From Eledone cirrhosa (Eukaryota), in assembly GCA_964016885.1 (NCBI GenBank), contig OZ024741.1, positions 93,992,001 through 94,056,000 on the forward strand: DNA of 64,000 bases, written 5' to 3'. The notes beneath the pieces were generated by a model. It was not told the DNA's origin and ran no database searches. It worked only from the letters and a program-made list of their open reading frames with translations. Shown here one piece after another: positions 14,592-27,718 of the stretch (position 1 is its first letter; every line of letters begins with the position of its first letter). Position numbers and translations under genes: made by a program.

Positions 14592-16055
14592 CTAATGTAT
14601 TGGTACGCGATGGGGCCCACCCACAGCCCCAGCGGACAGAATGGAGAAGGCGTTTCCCCGGAGGATGGCAAGGGAGACGCGCTGGAAAAGCCATTCCAAC
14701 TCGCGGGGCTCACACCTACGTATGGCCAACTCAGCGCCTATGGTGGTGAGTAAGGAGGTAGACCTGGGGCCGAGGACACCAGATGTTTCCACTGCCAGGG
14801 GAACGACCGCAAACCTGTCGGAGAGCGACCGGTATTTGAGGAGTTTGGCCCCCTCAGCCCGACGTGCAGCAGAACCTGGGTCAGTCGCAGACTGCACCAG
14901 GTTGCGGCTGCAGAAAGTGTATGTGCAAGTGGAATCCCAGACGAGGGGTTTGCCACGGCGGAACGGGAAGATGGTCATGCAATCTGGCCTTTTGCCGTCC
15001 CCCCGATCCAGCCCCACCGGCTCGAGCTGGGAAGGGAAGCCTGCAGCGTCCAAGCCATGCTTAATGACCTCGTTGAGGGCAGTATAACGTGGAATGCGGC
15101 CGGCACTGTGGCGACAGGAAAGTGGGTGGAGGCCGAAAGAGTCCACGGTGGAACCGCAGCGACATTGGTGTGGCTGGCAGATCCGGAGGCCGAGCCTCAG
15201 GGAAACGTCGATTCGCAGGCTATGGTTCTCTAGCTGCGTGCCAGTGGAGAAGGAGGGCAGAGCATCGAGCCAGGCACCACTGTGGGGTTTGGAGGCTTCA
15301 CGAAAACAAGCAAGGCGGTGCTGGTCGAGCTGGCGCGTGAGCCTGTCGGAGGCCAGGCTGTACTGGATGGCATCGCAAGTGCGTTGGGGGGACTTGACGT
15401 CAGCAGGGGGAGAAGGAGGAGGGACGTCTACTGGGCTAAGTCCCAGCCGGTCCCACGTCTCACAGGCGGTCTCACGTTCTCTGAAAACAGAGGGTTCTGT
15501 TGTGTTTTGAAGAACCCTGCTGACGAGGACGCGGCACGAGGTTACCGACGAAAGATACGCCGGCAAAGCTAGTGAGATCGGGGACCGGAGGCCTAGGCCG
15601 CCATACCTGACCGGTAAAGTGGCCTGTTGCCACCCTATGTCGTCAAACTTGACGTTGCATATCCCCTCGGCTGCTGCTCGGATACAAGTATCGAGGTCAG
15701 CGAGGAGAGATGTCTGGGTGTAGCATGGAGCGCTGCGGAGTGTATAGAGGAGCTTCGGCATGGCGAAGCAGTTCCTCAGCAGAAAGAGAGCTGGGTGGCC
15801 GTCAATCAAGCCCAGTCGGCTCGTGAGAGTCTGGAGCTGTTGAAGCCTGGACCTGATGGTGGAGCAGATGGCCGGCGGGTGGATCGGTGACCCGAAGATG
15901 AGGACATCCTCTTTGGGGGTCACCTGAACCTGGCGGAGAATGGACCGCACGTCCAACACGGAGGCTGCAAAGCTCGCAGCATCGAGGCTGACGTTCACCA
16001 CCTCCGACTTGGCCGAGTTGACCTGGAGGCCGATTCCCGCCAGGGCAAGAATCAC
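14592..16055 (-). mobile_element. 5'-truncated CRE-like non-LTR retrotransposon (RT C-terminus, CCHC knuckle, restriction-like endonuclease)
   Basis: 487-aa open frame with GLQVNSAKSE, LPVRYGGLG, CRCG...HPLSC, EPVGLDRGDGKRPD...LVWD and PLAVETSG...QRVSLAILRGN. Confidence 0.85.
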
Positions 16056-16280
16056 CGATTAAAGATTCACTTCTTTAAAATTTTCAAATGTCAACACTTC
16101 CGGTTAGCGATCATTTAAATAAATATTCATATATTTCTGTCACTAATTTTCTCCTAATGCAGTTTATATATAATATCGTCTTTTTTAATGGATTACGTTA
16201 CTGATTACATAAGACAGTGTAACACAGTCTTCGTTCAATTTCTGTGTATATTGTCAATTACGATTTTATTTGATCATATC

Positions 16281-16392
16281 TACTTGCGTATAATACTTGC
16301 GTATAATATATACTTGCGTATATTATATACTTGCGTATAATATATACTTGCGTATAATATATACTTGCGTATAATTTATACCTGCGTATAAT
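16281..16392. repeat. ~17-bp minisatellite (tatatacttgcgtataa), ~7 copies
   Basis: Direct read. Confidence 0.9.
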
Positions 16393-16598
16393 ATCAATAT
16401 ACACACTACACATGCTAGCAGAAAACCACCCGATGGGTTGTTTTTCTGCTAGTTTTTATAATGAATAAATAACATTTTCGAAAAATACATAAGTGGAAAC
16501 AAAACAGTGCAATCAAATTTTTGCGGGAAAATATCTTACCTTCTCCAAAAAAAAATATTATGTATTTTGCGAAATCCAGAGACTTTCAATAATGACCA

Positions 16599-17030
16599 GA
16601 TGTCGACCCTAAATATTACTAATAGCTCTAGGAAAGCCATGAATGACACCACATCTTTTTAACTTTGATTTTGAAAGTAAGTTTATAATTATCAATTTTC
16701 ATAATACTTTTGTAGCTGTCTCGGTGGCCTAGTTGGAGGAATGATGGACGATCGTGATCCTGGTCTGATGTTCGATCTTGAATAGTGTTCCTGGTAAACC
16801 TTTTCAGTTTTTTTCTATTGGTTGTAAAATAAAAACTGAAAAAGGTTGCATGCACCTCTTGACCAGGATTGAACCCAAGAACAGGATCTCCATCGGTTTT
16901 AGTAACTACTGCTAGGCCACAGAGACAACTATGGGAATCTTATGAAAATTAATACTTATAAACCTACTTTCAAAATTTTCAAAACAAAGTGTTGTGGTGT
17001 CATTCATGTTTTACTTAAGGTCGACTTCTA
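16599..17030. repeat. Diverged inverted repeat containing a tRNA-like (A/B-box) head
   Basis: catgaatgacaccaca...gtctcggtggcctag pairs with ctaggccacagagac...tgtggtgtcattcatg. A gttcgatc B-box-like motif lies at ~16770. Confidence 0.55.
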
Positions 17031-17502
17031 AATCATTTGGGTGTAAACTACATCCTCGTTACGTTTCACATCTATCTAGACTATAGTTTGACCTGTAATC
17101 CATGTTTCATTTCTGTTGCACCTCATTTCTACCCCCCTCTCTCTTTCTCTCTGTGATATTTGAATCTACTATGATTTGGGCTTACCTCATTCCTATGTAT
17201 ATGTTTTTACATGTTAGTTAGATTCAAACTTACAATGATTGGCATTATATATATATATACAGTGGCGGACTAGGTCTAAAAATATTGGTTGCCAGATGAA
17301 GGGGGCCCACCTAAATATAGAATGCTATCATTTAATTTTTATAATGAATAAATAACATTTTCAAAAAATACATAAGTGGAAACAAAACAGTGCAGTCAAA
17401 TTTTTGCGGGAAAATATCTTCTCCAATAAAAAATATTATGTATTTTGCGAAATCTAGAGACTTTCAATAATGACCTTTAGTCTTTCATACTCACTCAATA
17501 TA

Positions 17503-17531
17503 TCTGTATATATATAAAATTAAGTGTGTGT

Positions 17532-17604
<73 letters not shown>

Positions 17605-18556
17605 TGTGTATTACCTATAGGGGCCTACATCTTACGACCGATTTTCATGAAACTTTACAGGCTCATAGATTAGTCATCGGGGAGTGTTTTCTATATATCA
17701 GCGTATCGTTTTTTTTTTTATTCTGCAGATAAAAATCGATAGGGGAGGGTTACCTTTTTTAGGTATCGAAACATAAGATTTTTGGCTCTAGCTCCCACAT
17801 TTTGCCAAATTTTAAAGCAAAATAGAATTTATCATTGCACATCCTGTAATGGCTTTATATTTTGTATTTGTTGTTCAGGGACGGCGTGGCAGCCGCTTAA
17901 ATATTCAAAAATACCACTTTTAGACTCAAATTTCCACTTTTTCGGCTCCAGCTCCCACATTAATCAACCTACTTTGTTCAAATTATTTACTACGCTAGAT
18001 CTGATTATTTCACGTCTTAAGGTGGCTTTACATTTTGGATTTTTTTGTTCAGGAACGGCGTGGCAGCCGCTTAAATATTCGAAAATACCACCTTTTCGCT
18101 CAAATTTCCGCCTTTTCGGCTCTAGCTCCCACATTTTTCAACCGATTTCGTTCAAATTCGAAACTTCGGCTCCACCTCACACATAAATCAATTTATTTGG
18201 TTCAACTTTTATACTACCATAGAACCTATCATTGCACATCTTATAGATGGTCAAAGGCAAAACGATGGCCACTGACGTCGTCTGAGCTTTTAGTTGTGTA
18301 TTTGAGAATTCATCGGTTTCCAATCAAGTAGCGTGAGGAAATTTGGCTTAGTGTTAGAGGTTATTACCTCCATCCCTCAGCATGCCCCTTCGTCAGTCAC
18401 CCACGTTTCTCAGTGATAGAGGTCATCACCACCCTCCCCGCATGGCCTGTGTGTGGCCATAGATGAGTCATCGAGAAGCAGTCGCTAAGATCAACACCTT
18501 TTCATCAAAGCAGATATTATTTTATCTACCCAGACAACACTGGGTACTGCTGCTAG
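17503..18556 (+). mobile_element. Non-autonomous Helitron
   Basis: Begins A|TC-tgtatatatataaaa followed by (GT)n, and contains an internal duplication. Ends with hairpin acccag-acaaca-ctgggt then CTAG|T, with no TSD. Confidence 0.8.
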
Positions 18557-18637
18557 TATATATATATATATAGTGCAAATTTAGACGGGAACAAAACAGA
18601 GAGGCAGACAAATAAAGGTTTATTAGGTTCACGCTCT

Positions 18638-18679
<42 letters not shown>

Positions 18680-18681
<2 letters not shown>

Positions 18682-18938
18682 TAGGGATTGTAACGTCAAA
18701 TTACTGTTGGTTCACCAAAGTGAGCACTCGATGCGTAGTCTCCACCATGTGCTTTATGGTAGTACTAAGCAGAACGTAATATCAATAATAAGTATGGACG
18801 AGGTGTCAAATTTTCATTAAGTTTATTCAGGCGTGACGCGCGCTTCGCGATTGATCAGCTCAAGGATCAGCTCTATCGACCGGGCGTAACACCTGAATAA
18901 ACCTAATGAAAATTTGACACCTCGTCCATACTTATTGA

Positions 18939-18940
<2 letters not shown>
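18680..18940. repeat. Fold-back element of the family also at 46460-46766 and 51380-51620
   Basis: Arms ~18787-18838 and 18884-18937. Shares the gttcacc...gtgagcactcgatg segment. Confidence 0.75.
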
Positions 18941-19003
<63 letters not shown>

Positions 19004-19699
19004 CGAATGTCTGAAAAGTATATGTATATTTGGCAATATACTGTATGTTTAATTAAAAACATATTGAAGACCATTCGCTATGAGTTTTAAAGCAGGTGAC
19101 TATGTCACTTACTTATTCTCGGCAAAATGCTCTGAAATAGCGATGTATACATGAATTATATATATAGTATATTTGAAGAGCACCAATACTAATATATATA
19201 TTTGTTATCGTGCTAATGTATATTATTCTCCGTATTTTGTATATTTATCTATTCTCAATGGAGCTGTACGGAACTTCGAAGTGTATCGGAAAGTACCTTT
19301 AGGACTCCAAGTGATACTTGTCGGTTGTCTCGCACGCTTTACTTCCTATGTCCCTATATCACCGAATACTTAGTTCTTTGAATACCCTTTTCCCTTTTTC
19401 ATCACTTTGTCAGAGGAGAAAGGGTGGCTTCTGTAACTATGAGGGTGGGTGGGTGATTTAAAACACAATTCATTGGATGTTGTATCTTAAAAGAGAGCAT
19501 CAAAATATCAAACTAGAATTCGGTACACATTCTTGCAACAGACTAAACTTCAATAAATGCACTAAATGAGCTAAGTGGTGGTTTTAAACCAGAAAACGAA
19601 TTAAGTATCGCCTAAGTGAAAATACATTTTATTCAATAGACTTACGTACAGCTCCGTGGGCTAAATTTCATTTAGTGGCTCTGGCAGAAGACTAACCCG

Positions 19700-20173
19700 A
19701 TTTGCTGTCTGTTTGTTTGTTCACGAACTCCTCCTATGGTTTTGGAGATAGAAACCCATAACCATATATATTCTGAAACTACATTGCCCAGGGTACTTGG
19801 ATAAGTATATTTTATTTTAATCAAAGGGTTCCCCGGGGGCACAAAACCTCGCTGAAAATCTTTTCTTTTCGATATATATGAAATTTAAACTATAGGTAAA
19901 TGACAAGATATGATGCCTATTTACAAAAGTTTTGAATTGATATTTTGAAAAAAATTATTTATAAGAAACAAAATAAGAATAAGATCTAATAATGTAATTT
20001 TGATTTAATATATTATAAAAAATAATGTTTTCCAATTTTTAATGCATTACATTTTACATTGAGTAATATTGAAATACAGAGTTTTTCTCCATACATTATA
20101 TCACTGATTTAAAATAAATCATCATTTTCTTACGAAATGTGTGAAATGCAACAAGGCACGGGTAACTCAGCTA

Positions 20174-20174
<1 letters not shown>
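19700..20174 (+). mobile_element. Helitron-like element (3' end ...gcacgggtaactcagCTAG|T); inverted partial copy at 20804-20960
   Basis: CTAG terminus followed by T. 20804-20960 is the reverse complement of ~20022-20174. Confidence 0.6.
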
Positions 20175-20230
<56 letters not shown>

Positions 20231-20736
20231 TCGGCTGCGTTTGTCTGTTTCTCTCTTACTGCTTCCCCGTTCTCTCTGTTGCTCTCACCTTCTTTCTCCC
20301 CCTCTGTCAGTTACACTTTCTCTCGACTGACCTCTTCCTCGCATTTCCACTCACTCACTCTCTGTTTCTCCCCTTCTCACTTCCTCCCGTTTGGCTAGTA
20401 GTGGATTCTCTTCTTGCTCACATCTCACTCACGTCGGACGGTCTGTATCCCGATCGCTCATGAAATCCACCCAGATTATGCTGACCGGATAACCATGTTG
20501 CTTGTTTATTCCTATCTTTGCGTTGCTTTCATCCTTCTATGTTGTTTACTTGTCTCCCTCGCTTTACGCGATTTACTTGTCCCAATAGCTTTATTTAGTT
20601 ATTGCTCGCACCAACCTGAGGTATATGATTTTTAATGCGATGAAATATCAATGATGGTTGGAAAATCACTGACGAAGGACTATTTTTATCATATGTAACC
20701 CATGTGCAACCACGCAGTATTCTTCTTTCTTCTCAT

Positions 20737-20804
<68 letters not shown>

Positions 20805-21220
20805 TAGCTGAATTACCCGTGCCTTGCTGCGTTTGACACATTTTCTTTTGTAAGAAAATGATGATTTATTTTAAATCAGTGTTATAATTCATGGAGAAAA
20901 ACTCTGCATTTCAATATTAATCAATGTGAAATGTAATCATGAAAAATTGGAAAACATTATATATATATAAGGAAAAAAAAGATGGCGTAGGACAGAACAA
21001 AGGAGAGGCACAAAAACAAAGAAAAGAATCCCCAGTCACTGAAGAGGTCACAGAATGTGTGACGAAAGAACTTTGACAATATATGAACAATCATCTGGTT
21101 GTGGAACCAACCAACCAACCGGAAATTTATAATTGGCAACATGACCCTCCCAAAGTATAACAATATCGGTTTCAACACACGTTTTCAGATAAAGAATCTT
21201 GCTAAACAAATTCAGAAACG

Positions 21221-21282
<62 letters not shown>

Positions 21283-21283
<1 letters not shown>

Positions 21284-21755
21284 CATTCACTGTATCTAAA
21301 TGTAATGATAGTCGATGTGGCACATGTCAATCCATACACACTGGTCAATATATGAACACAAAAACTGGGAAAATATTTCCAAATGCAAATATGAACTGCA
21401 AAAGCAGAAATCTAATTTACTGCATTAAATGCCCGAATTGTGAAGAACTATATGTCGGTCAATGGAAATGCACTATCGGAAATACACTATCGGAACGTGC
21501 ACGGGTGCACCGACAGCAAATCAGAGACCCAAATGTCCGTCAGATACTCCTGAGTAACCATCTAGCAACATGTGGTCAGAAAATATTTATAATATTTCCA
21601 TTCTACAAACTACACAGCCCAAGTGAAATCAAGAGAAAATTTAAAGAAAATAATTTTATTGATAAACTCTAACCCAAGCTAAATGAACAATAATAATGCT
21701 TAAGGATATTACTCCTACTATGACTACGCCTAAGACCATGTCGACTACCACCACT

Positions 21756-21801
<46 letters not shown>

Positions 21802-21818
21802 GCAACAACAACAACAAC

Positions 21819-21849
<31 letters not shown>

Positions 21850-22230
21850 GTGATGTTGATGTTGATGATTACTGAAGATTAAACACCCCCCCCCCTAGAA
21901 AATGCTATTTTCATCATTTCTAAAAATAGCAAAACAATTGATGCTTTGGATAGAGTTAAATAGAAGTCGTTAGACATGCTCAACTAACCGTAACGCCTAA
22001 ACCAATCAGCTTTAGTAATCTAGTGAAACTACACACCTATTGGTCGAAATACAGTTTGCAAAACTTAGCATACTGTATATAAGGCACAGAATTTACCCAT
22101 CTCATTACAGTTGAAAATTGCAAATTTGACCGTCAACACTGAATATGAACCTGAAGATTGCGAAAGCATGAAAGTACTTGTTCAATTAACACTTAACATT
22201 TAATATTCTACCATACTATTTCATTATAAT
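21283..22230 (+). mobile_element. Penelope-like 3' fragment: Cys linker, GIY-YIG endonuclease and pLTR
   Basis: KCNDSRCGTC...CKSRNLIYCIKCPNCEELYVGQ...LSERARVHRQQI...E..FI..L, followed by a 3' region containing a hammerhead. Confidence 0.85.
22146..22184 (+). ncRNA. Minimal type I hammerhead ribozyme
   Basis: tgaac-CTGAAGA-t-tgc-gaaa-gca-t-GAAA-GTAC-TT-gttca. 5-bp stem I, GNRA-capped stem II, palindromic AGTACT stem III. Confidence 0.8.
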
Positions 22231-22251
22231 ATCATTATAATTTTAAAGGCT

Positions 22252-22430
22252 TGGCTGTATCGGTAGAGGGTCGGACACCATCTTTTGATGCATAGAGTTA
22301 CGGCCCTTGCCATTCTGAATTCAAATCCCGCCGAGGTTAACTTTGCCTTTCATCCTTATGGGGTCGATAAAATAAAGTACCAGTAATACACTGGGTAATT
22401 ACTGGCCTTGTGCCAAAAGTAGAAACAATT
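22252..22430 (+). mobile_element. tRNA-derived SINE
   Basis: A-box-like tggctgtatcggtagag, B-box-like ttcaaatcc, and the conserved body gcctttcatcctt..ggggtcgataaaataaagtaccag. Confidence 0.85.
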
Positions 22431-22524
22431 ATAATTTTAAAGGATTGTAAATAAAACGAGTAAACCAGACAAAGTTGGAATTCCTTTTATTAATATAATC
22501 TTCTATACACAATCATACACACCC

Positions 22525-22592
<68 letters not shown>

Positions 22593-22639
22593 CTGTGTCT
22601 TTGAGTGACGTGTTTGCGAGTGCGTGTTTTTGTATGTAT

Positions 22640-22711
<72 letters not shown>

Positions 22712-22734
22712 ATAATATAATATAATATATATTA

Positions 22735-23040
22735 AGAAGTGCGCTGGTAGCCGAAGTGTATGCATAAATACACAATGTGCAACCGGAATTGCACCAACGT
22801 GTATAAATTTATACACATATCTAATTTGTAGGCATGTAAACATGCCAGAAATACGAATATCCCTGTAAATTGAAAAGAAATGTTAAACATATTTAATCGA
22901 TTTTCGGCTTTAATTGGGCCCCTCAACAGAAAACGTGTATACCTCCCAACCAAGCACAAGGAAACATGTATTTGATGGATATATATACCTATTTGCCCTT
23001 AGTATTATTCTGAAATAGATGTACTAATTTGCATATAATG
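22735..23040 (-). mobile_element. Dispersed non-coding repeat with mutated hammerhead (other copies at 33210-33530 and 42560-42730)
   Basis: Minus strand CTGTTGA-gggc...gcc-GAAA-ATCGATT at 22892-22932. The copy at 33383-33422 reads CTGGTGA...GAAAATCGATT. Confidence 0.65.
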
Positions 23041-23102
23041 AGCTTGGAAGTTGTTAGCTGTACGCTTATTTGGCTGCAGTATGTTAAACATCATCCATCA
23101 AG

Positions 23103-23295
23103 GGCGGTGGATTGGCAGTATCGGTAGAGGGTCGGACGCCATGCTTTCCAGCATAGTTACGTCCCTTTACGATCTGAGTTCAAATCCCGCCGAGGTTGAC
23201 TTTGCCTTTCATCCTTACGGGGTCGATAAAATAAAGTACCAGTAGGTAATACCACTGGGTAATTGCTGGCCTTGTGCCTAAAGTAGAAACAATTA
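23103..23295 (+). mobile_element. tRNA-derived SINE (full length)
   Basis: Same family as 22252 and 48321. Confidence 0.85.
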
Positions 23296-23319
23296 TGTTA
23301 AACATCATCATCATGTGAG

Positions 23320-24100
23320 CGTTGAGGATGTTTTCTCTTTCCTCATGCTCTTGTGGTGTAGTTTTTCTTGTGTTGATGATGTGAGGTTGCATAAGGCCAG
23401 GGAGAGACAAACCACCTATCATTACCTCAATGGTCAAGAAGACCCCCACATAAATATAGAGCGGTGGACCAGAGCCATACGGATCCCCGAAAACCATGAC
23501 CAAGTAAGGAAAATTATCGCACAAGTGGTGAGGGCCAGTATAAAATAACCCTTAAGGAACATATGTTTAAATTCAATGGCAAAACATATTCCTGAGAGGA
23601 GGGGCAGTTATTGGCGTCATCATTGCAGGTGATGTGGCCAACCTCTTTATAGTATGGTGGGATAGGAGACCCAAGGAACGCTTAGTTGAGAGCTCTATAA
23701 CACTGACTATGTACTCCCGCTACGTAGATGACATCAATAAAAAAAACCTTCATAGGAGAGCAGTCAAGAATTAGAAAGGAAAACAATGGAAAGCCTCTAG
23801 CAAATAGCTAACTCCATCCACCAGAGTATTAAAATTACTGTAGACTACCCAACCAAATCTGCCAACCATAGACTACCTGTACTAGACACAGATCTCTAGT
23901 TAGAAACCATCAGTAGTAAAACATATTCGCATTATGCCAAACCCATGGGCTCCAAACTCAGGCATTTCGGATAACATGAAAGTCTACATACTAATAGTAA
24001 GAGTGATGAAGAATGTGTCCCACATGTGCGATCCTAAAGAATTAGAGAGACACATATAACACTTCGTCCACCACGAACATCTAGTTAAAATTATATCCAC
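23320..24100 (+). pseudogene. Degenerate Penelope-like reverse transcriptase
   Basis: Broken frames give G.IIAGDVANLF..WWDR, RYVDDI, ITVDYP...RLPVLD and YAKPM. Confidence 0.7.
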
Positions 24101-24595
24101 ACACGGAACAGACGCAATGCTCCGAGAGATTACAGAAGCAACAAACATAAACGAACTCCAATCAAAACGAAACAGAAAACATGAGTAGAATAGCAAAAAC
24201 CCTACAACCTAGTAACTAAGGACAAGATAAAGACATACTTAGACAGACAAGAACTAAATTAATAAAACTAATCAGACACACACAGATAGAACAAGTGAGA
24301 AGTAGGAAAGAGAGAAAATAAATAAATAAACAAATAAATATATTAAATAAATAAATAAAACCACACATACACAAACCAGGATATAACGCATGCTCCCAAA
24401 GGGACAGAACAAAGGACAAAACAAAGGACAGAACAAAGGAGATATACAAATTAAGAAATAACCGACTAAGAAACTATAATAATAAATTGAAGTGAAATCC
24501 AACAGATTCGTGTGTTTTTTCATTGGCAGCATGACTCTCCTAAATTATAACAATATCTGTCTCAATATACATTTTCAGATAACAAAAAATTGCAA

Positions 24596-24637
<42 letters not shown>

Positions 24638-25344
24638 GCCAGCGAGAGTGTGAGAATAATAGAAAGAACGTGCTAGAAAAGTAGAAATTGTAAAAGCATG
24701 GATAACAAAGTAGAAAGAGGTAGGCAGAGAAGTATTTGTGTATATCATTTGAGTGAAAATTGGAGAGGGAGACAGAGAGGGGGGAGAGAGAGAAGGAGGG
24801 AGAGAAGGAAGGGGGAGAGGGAGACTATAAAAGAGAATATGTGGGTGAGGAGAAAGGTGAAAAGATATAGGAAATGCCTACGTGTGAGTTATGAGGTAAG
24901 GTAATAAGGAGAGAAGGCAAGAAAGAGAAGAGGTGAGAAAGAGAGGAAGTGAGAACAAGGACAGGGAAGAAAGGGAGGAGGTGAGTTTAGGTAGGCAAAA
25001 CACAACCAACAAACAAAGAAACTAGCTAGCCAATGAAATGACTCTAGTGAAAAAGGAGTGAACTGAAATTCACTGGAGCTTGTAGCATATCAACTCTTTT
25101 ATCCTAACTAGGAACTTCAAATGTTAATCAACGTTTAGGTAAGTGTTTTGCTTTTCTGTGTATTGGTCAACAACAACAACAGACCTGCACACACACGCAC
25201 ACACACACAAACACACACACGGGCGCGCTTATCTCGCAGGGGCCTGTGTCCACATGTAATGTTTCCGGGGGTACTTCCCTCGATTGTCACAATTATTCGG
25301 CTATTATGGTCATTTGGTCATTTGCATTGGGGCGACTAGATTTC

Positions 25345-25436
<92 letters not shown>

Positions 25437-26041
25437 TATATATATATGTGTGAGTCCGGGTTCAATCGGGGATAACCACAGTTAGTAAGGTAGCCAATAC
25501 ATTAGTAGGGTTTAATATAGAAATGGCTTCTACAAGACTAGAACTGTTTCATTCAAAAGAAATCATCAAGGTGATCACAAAAATACTCCTTGATTTCAAA
25601 TACTTATAATACGAAAACTTAAATGAAGTCTTACAATATTAGGGGCTACAGTTGCATAAACTAACAACGTTTCATGTGGTATTGGTTGATATAGACACTC
25701 AATTGTGTACCCATTTTGTTGCTCGGCAAACATAAATGCGATAATAAGTTCGGAGTGTTTAATCCAATTTGTAAATTTACAGTCATCGTAGTATTACAAA
25801 ATCACAGAGCATATATATTATCTAGTGATTCTGACGATTTCTCTACGAAGGAATTAAATGCTTCCTCTTTGTATTTGAATGAATCATGTAAATCAATTAA
25901 ACAATGTATTAATGTATTGAACCTTGGTGATTATATATATAGATATATAATATAGATAGATAGATAGATAGATAGATAGAGAGATAGAGAGAGCGAGCGA
26001 GAGAGAGAGAGAGAGAGGGAGAGAGAGAGCGAGAGAGAGAA

Positions 26042-26315
26042 TAAGAAAATGCGAAGTAATTTCAGATGTTAAAGTCCTTAATTGATAAGGCTGTGATACA
26101 TATTTCAGTGACGACAGTGGCCACGCGATTCCGCGAACGCAGTGCCATGCTCTCATCAGACAACTTCTTACATAATAAGGTTACGTTACCGAGGCAATCC
26201 AAATTGAAACGACAAGGGAACATACACAGATGATGTTCTTGAAGCTTTAGCCCGCGAAATATGTATCACAGTCTTATCAATAAAGGACTTTCTGAAACAA
26301 CTTCGCATTTTCTTA
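26042..26315. repeat. Fold-back inverted repeat with hammerhead-like core
   Basis: Arms 26042-26106 and 26256-26315. Minus strand CTGATGA (26153-26159) ... GAAATATGTA. Confidence 0.65.
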
Positions 26316-26614
26316 ATCTAAATATGGTCCGTCATTCCTACGTGGAAGAAGTACGTTGAGTGCTTGAAGTGAATTGGATTAATGTTTACCGTATATATAT
26401 ATATATATCGTATTTGCAACAACACAGCTCGCCATTTTTCATTTATATATACATATATTCCATACGTACATATATATATGTGTGCATGTATGTATATATA
26501 TATATATACATACTACTGTACGTCTGTATACATATATGTATGTACGTGTACGTACTTATATTTAAGTAACAGCCGTTCTAAGAGTGGGAAATGAAATTTC
26601 GTTTCACTTTTTCC

Positions 26615-26667
<53 letters not shown>

Positions 26668-26669
<2 letters not shown>

Positions 26670-26860
26670 AAAAAGTATAATCCCGACGGCAGAGCTCAAG
26701 CCGTTTCGACGGCTATTTCTGCGCTATTTCCAGAAATGGCCGTCGAAACGGCTTGAGCTCTGCCGTCGGGATCATACTTTTTCCGATTTCCCACTCTACT
26801 ACCCTAAGTATTGAGTACTCTGGTGCGTTGTAGTCCATCTGGTTCCTTACCACAATTCCT
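26668..26860. repeat. Fold-back element of the 'gagctcaagccgtttcgacggc' family (also 14200, 34820-34958, 39751-39964)
   Basis: Arms 26668-26721 and 26731-26784. TA-flanked. Confidence 0.85.
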
Positions 26861-26863
26861 TTG

Positions 26864-26907
<44 letters not shown>

Positions 26908-27049
26908 TCAGGTTTGAGGTTCACCACTGTATAGAGCTGGTCTATTCCGTATGGTCAATCGTAATGCAATAATATAGAGAGTACTCAACGTAAAGCAGTT
27001 CAACCGTCTTTGTTTTTGTAGTTGGTGGTGCTATTACGGAGTTAAATAT

Positions 27050-27337
27050 TATAATGAAATGACAGGAGGCTGGATTTGTGTAAATCCTTGAAAGGTTTAT
27101 TATACTATGATCATTTCAATGACCGGATTCCGTATGAATCCGGTGATATCATCAGGTATTCGAAATATAATACGTGAATGTAATAGGTAAAATCCATGGA
27201 TTTTACCTATTACATTCACGTATTATATTTCGAATACCTGATGATATCACCGGATTCATACGGAATCCGGTCATTGAAATGATCATAGTATAATAAACCT
27301 TTCAAGGATTTACACAAATCCAGCCTCCTGTCATTTC

Positions 27338-27343
<6 letters not shown>
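27050..27343. repeat. Perfect ~294-bp palindrome with no loop; hammerhead-like core on both strands
   Basis: Centre aaaatcca|tggatttt at 27196/27197. CTGATGA-t-atcaccggattc-atacg-gaatccggtcat-t-GAAA at 27238-27279. Confidence 0.9.
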
Positions 27344-27415
<72 letters not shown>

Positions 27416-27595
27416 TAATAATCACTAAGACTGTTTCATTCATTTGTAGAAGTCATTTCTATATGAAATAAATATATACCTTCTCTACTAGTGTATTGAA
27501 TACCTTATTTACCCGTGGTTCTTTCCCATCACTCTTCGGGAAACTATTTTAAATTATATATATATATATATATAGACCCCCCCCCACACACACAT

Positions 27596-27638
<43 letters not shown>

Positions 27639-27718
27639 ATATACATATATATATATATATTATATATATATATTATATATATATATGTGTGTATGTGTGT
27701 GTGTATATATATATAAGT

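Noticed and set aside
14641-15890. + strand ORFs over the CRE-like element (also 37834-38304)
   Set aside because: Antisense shadows of a GC-rich coding strand.
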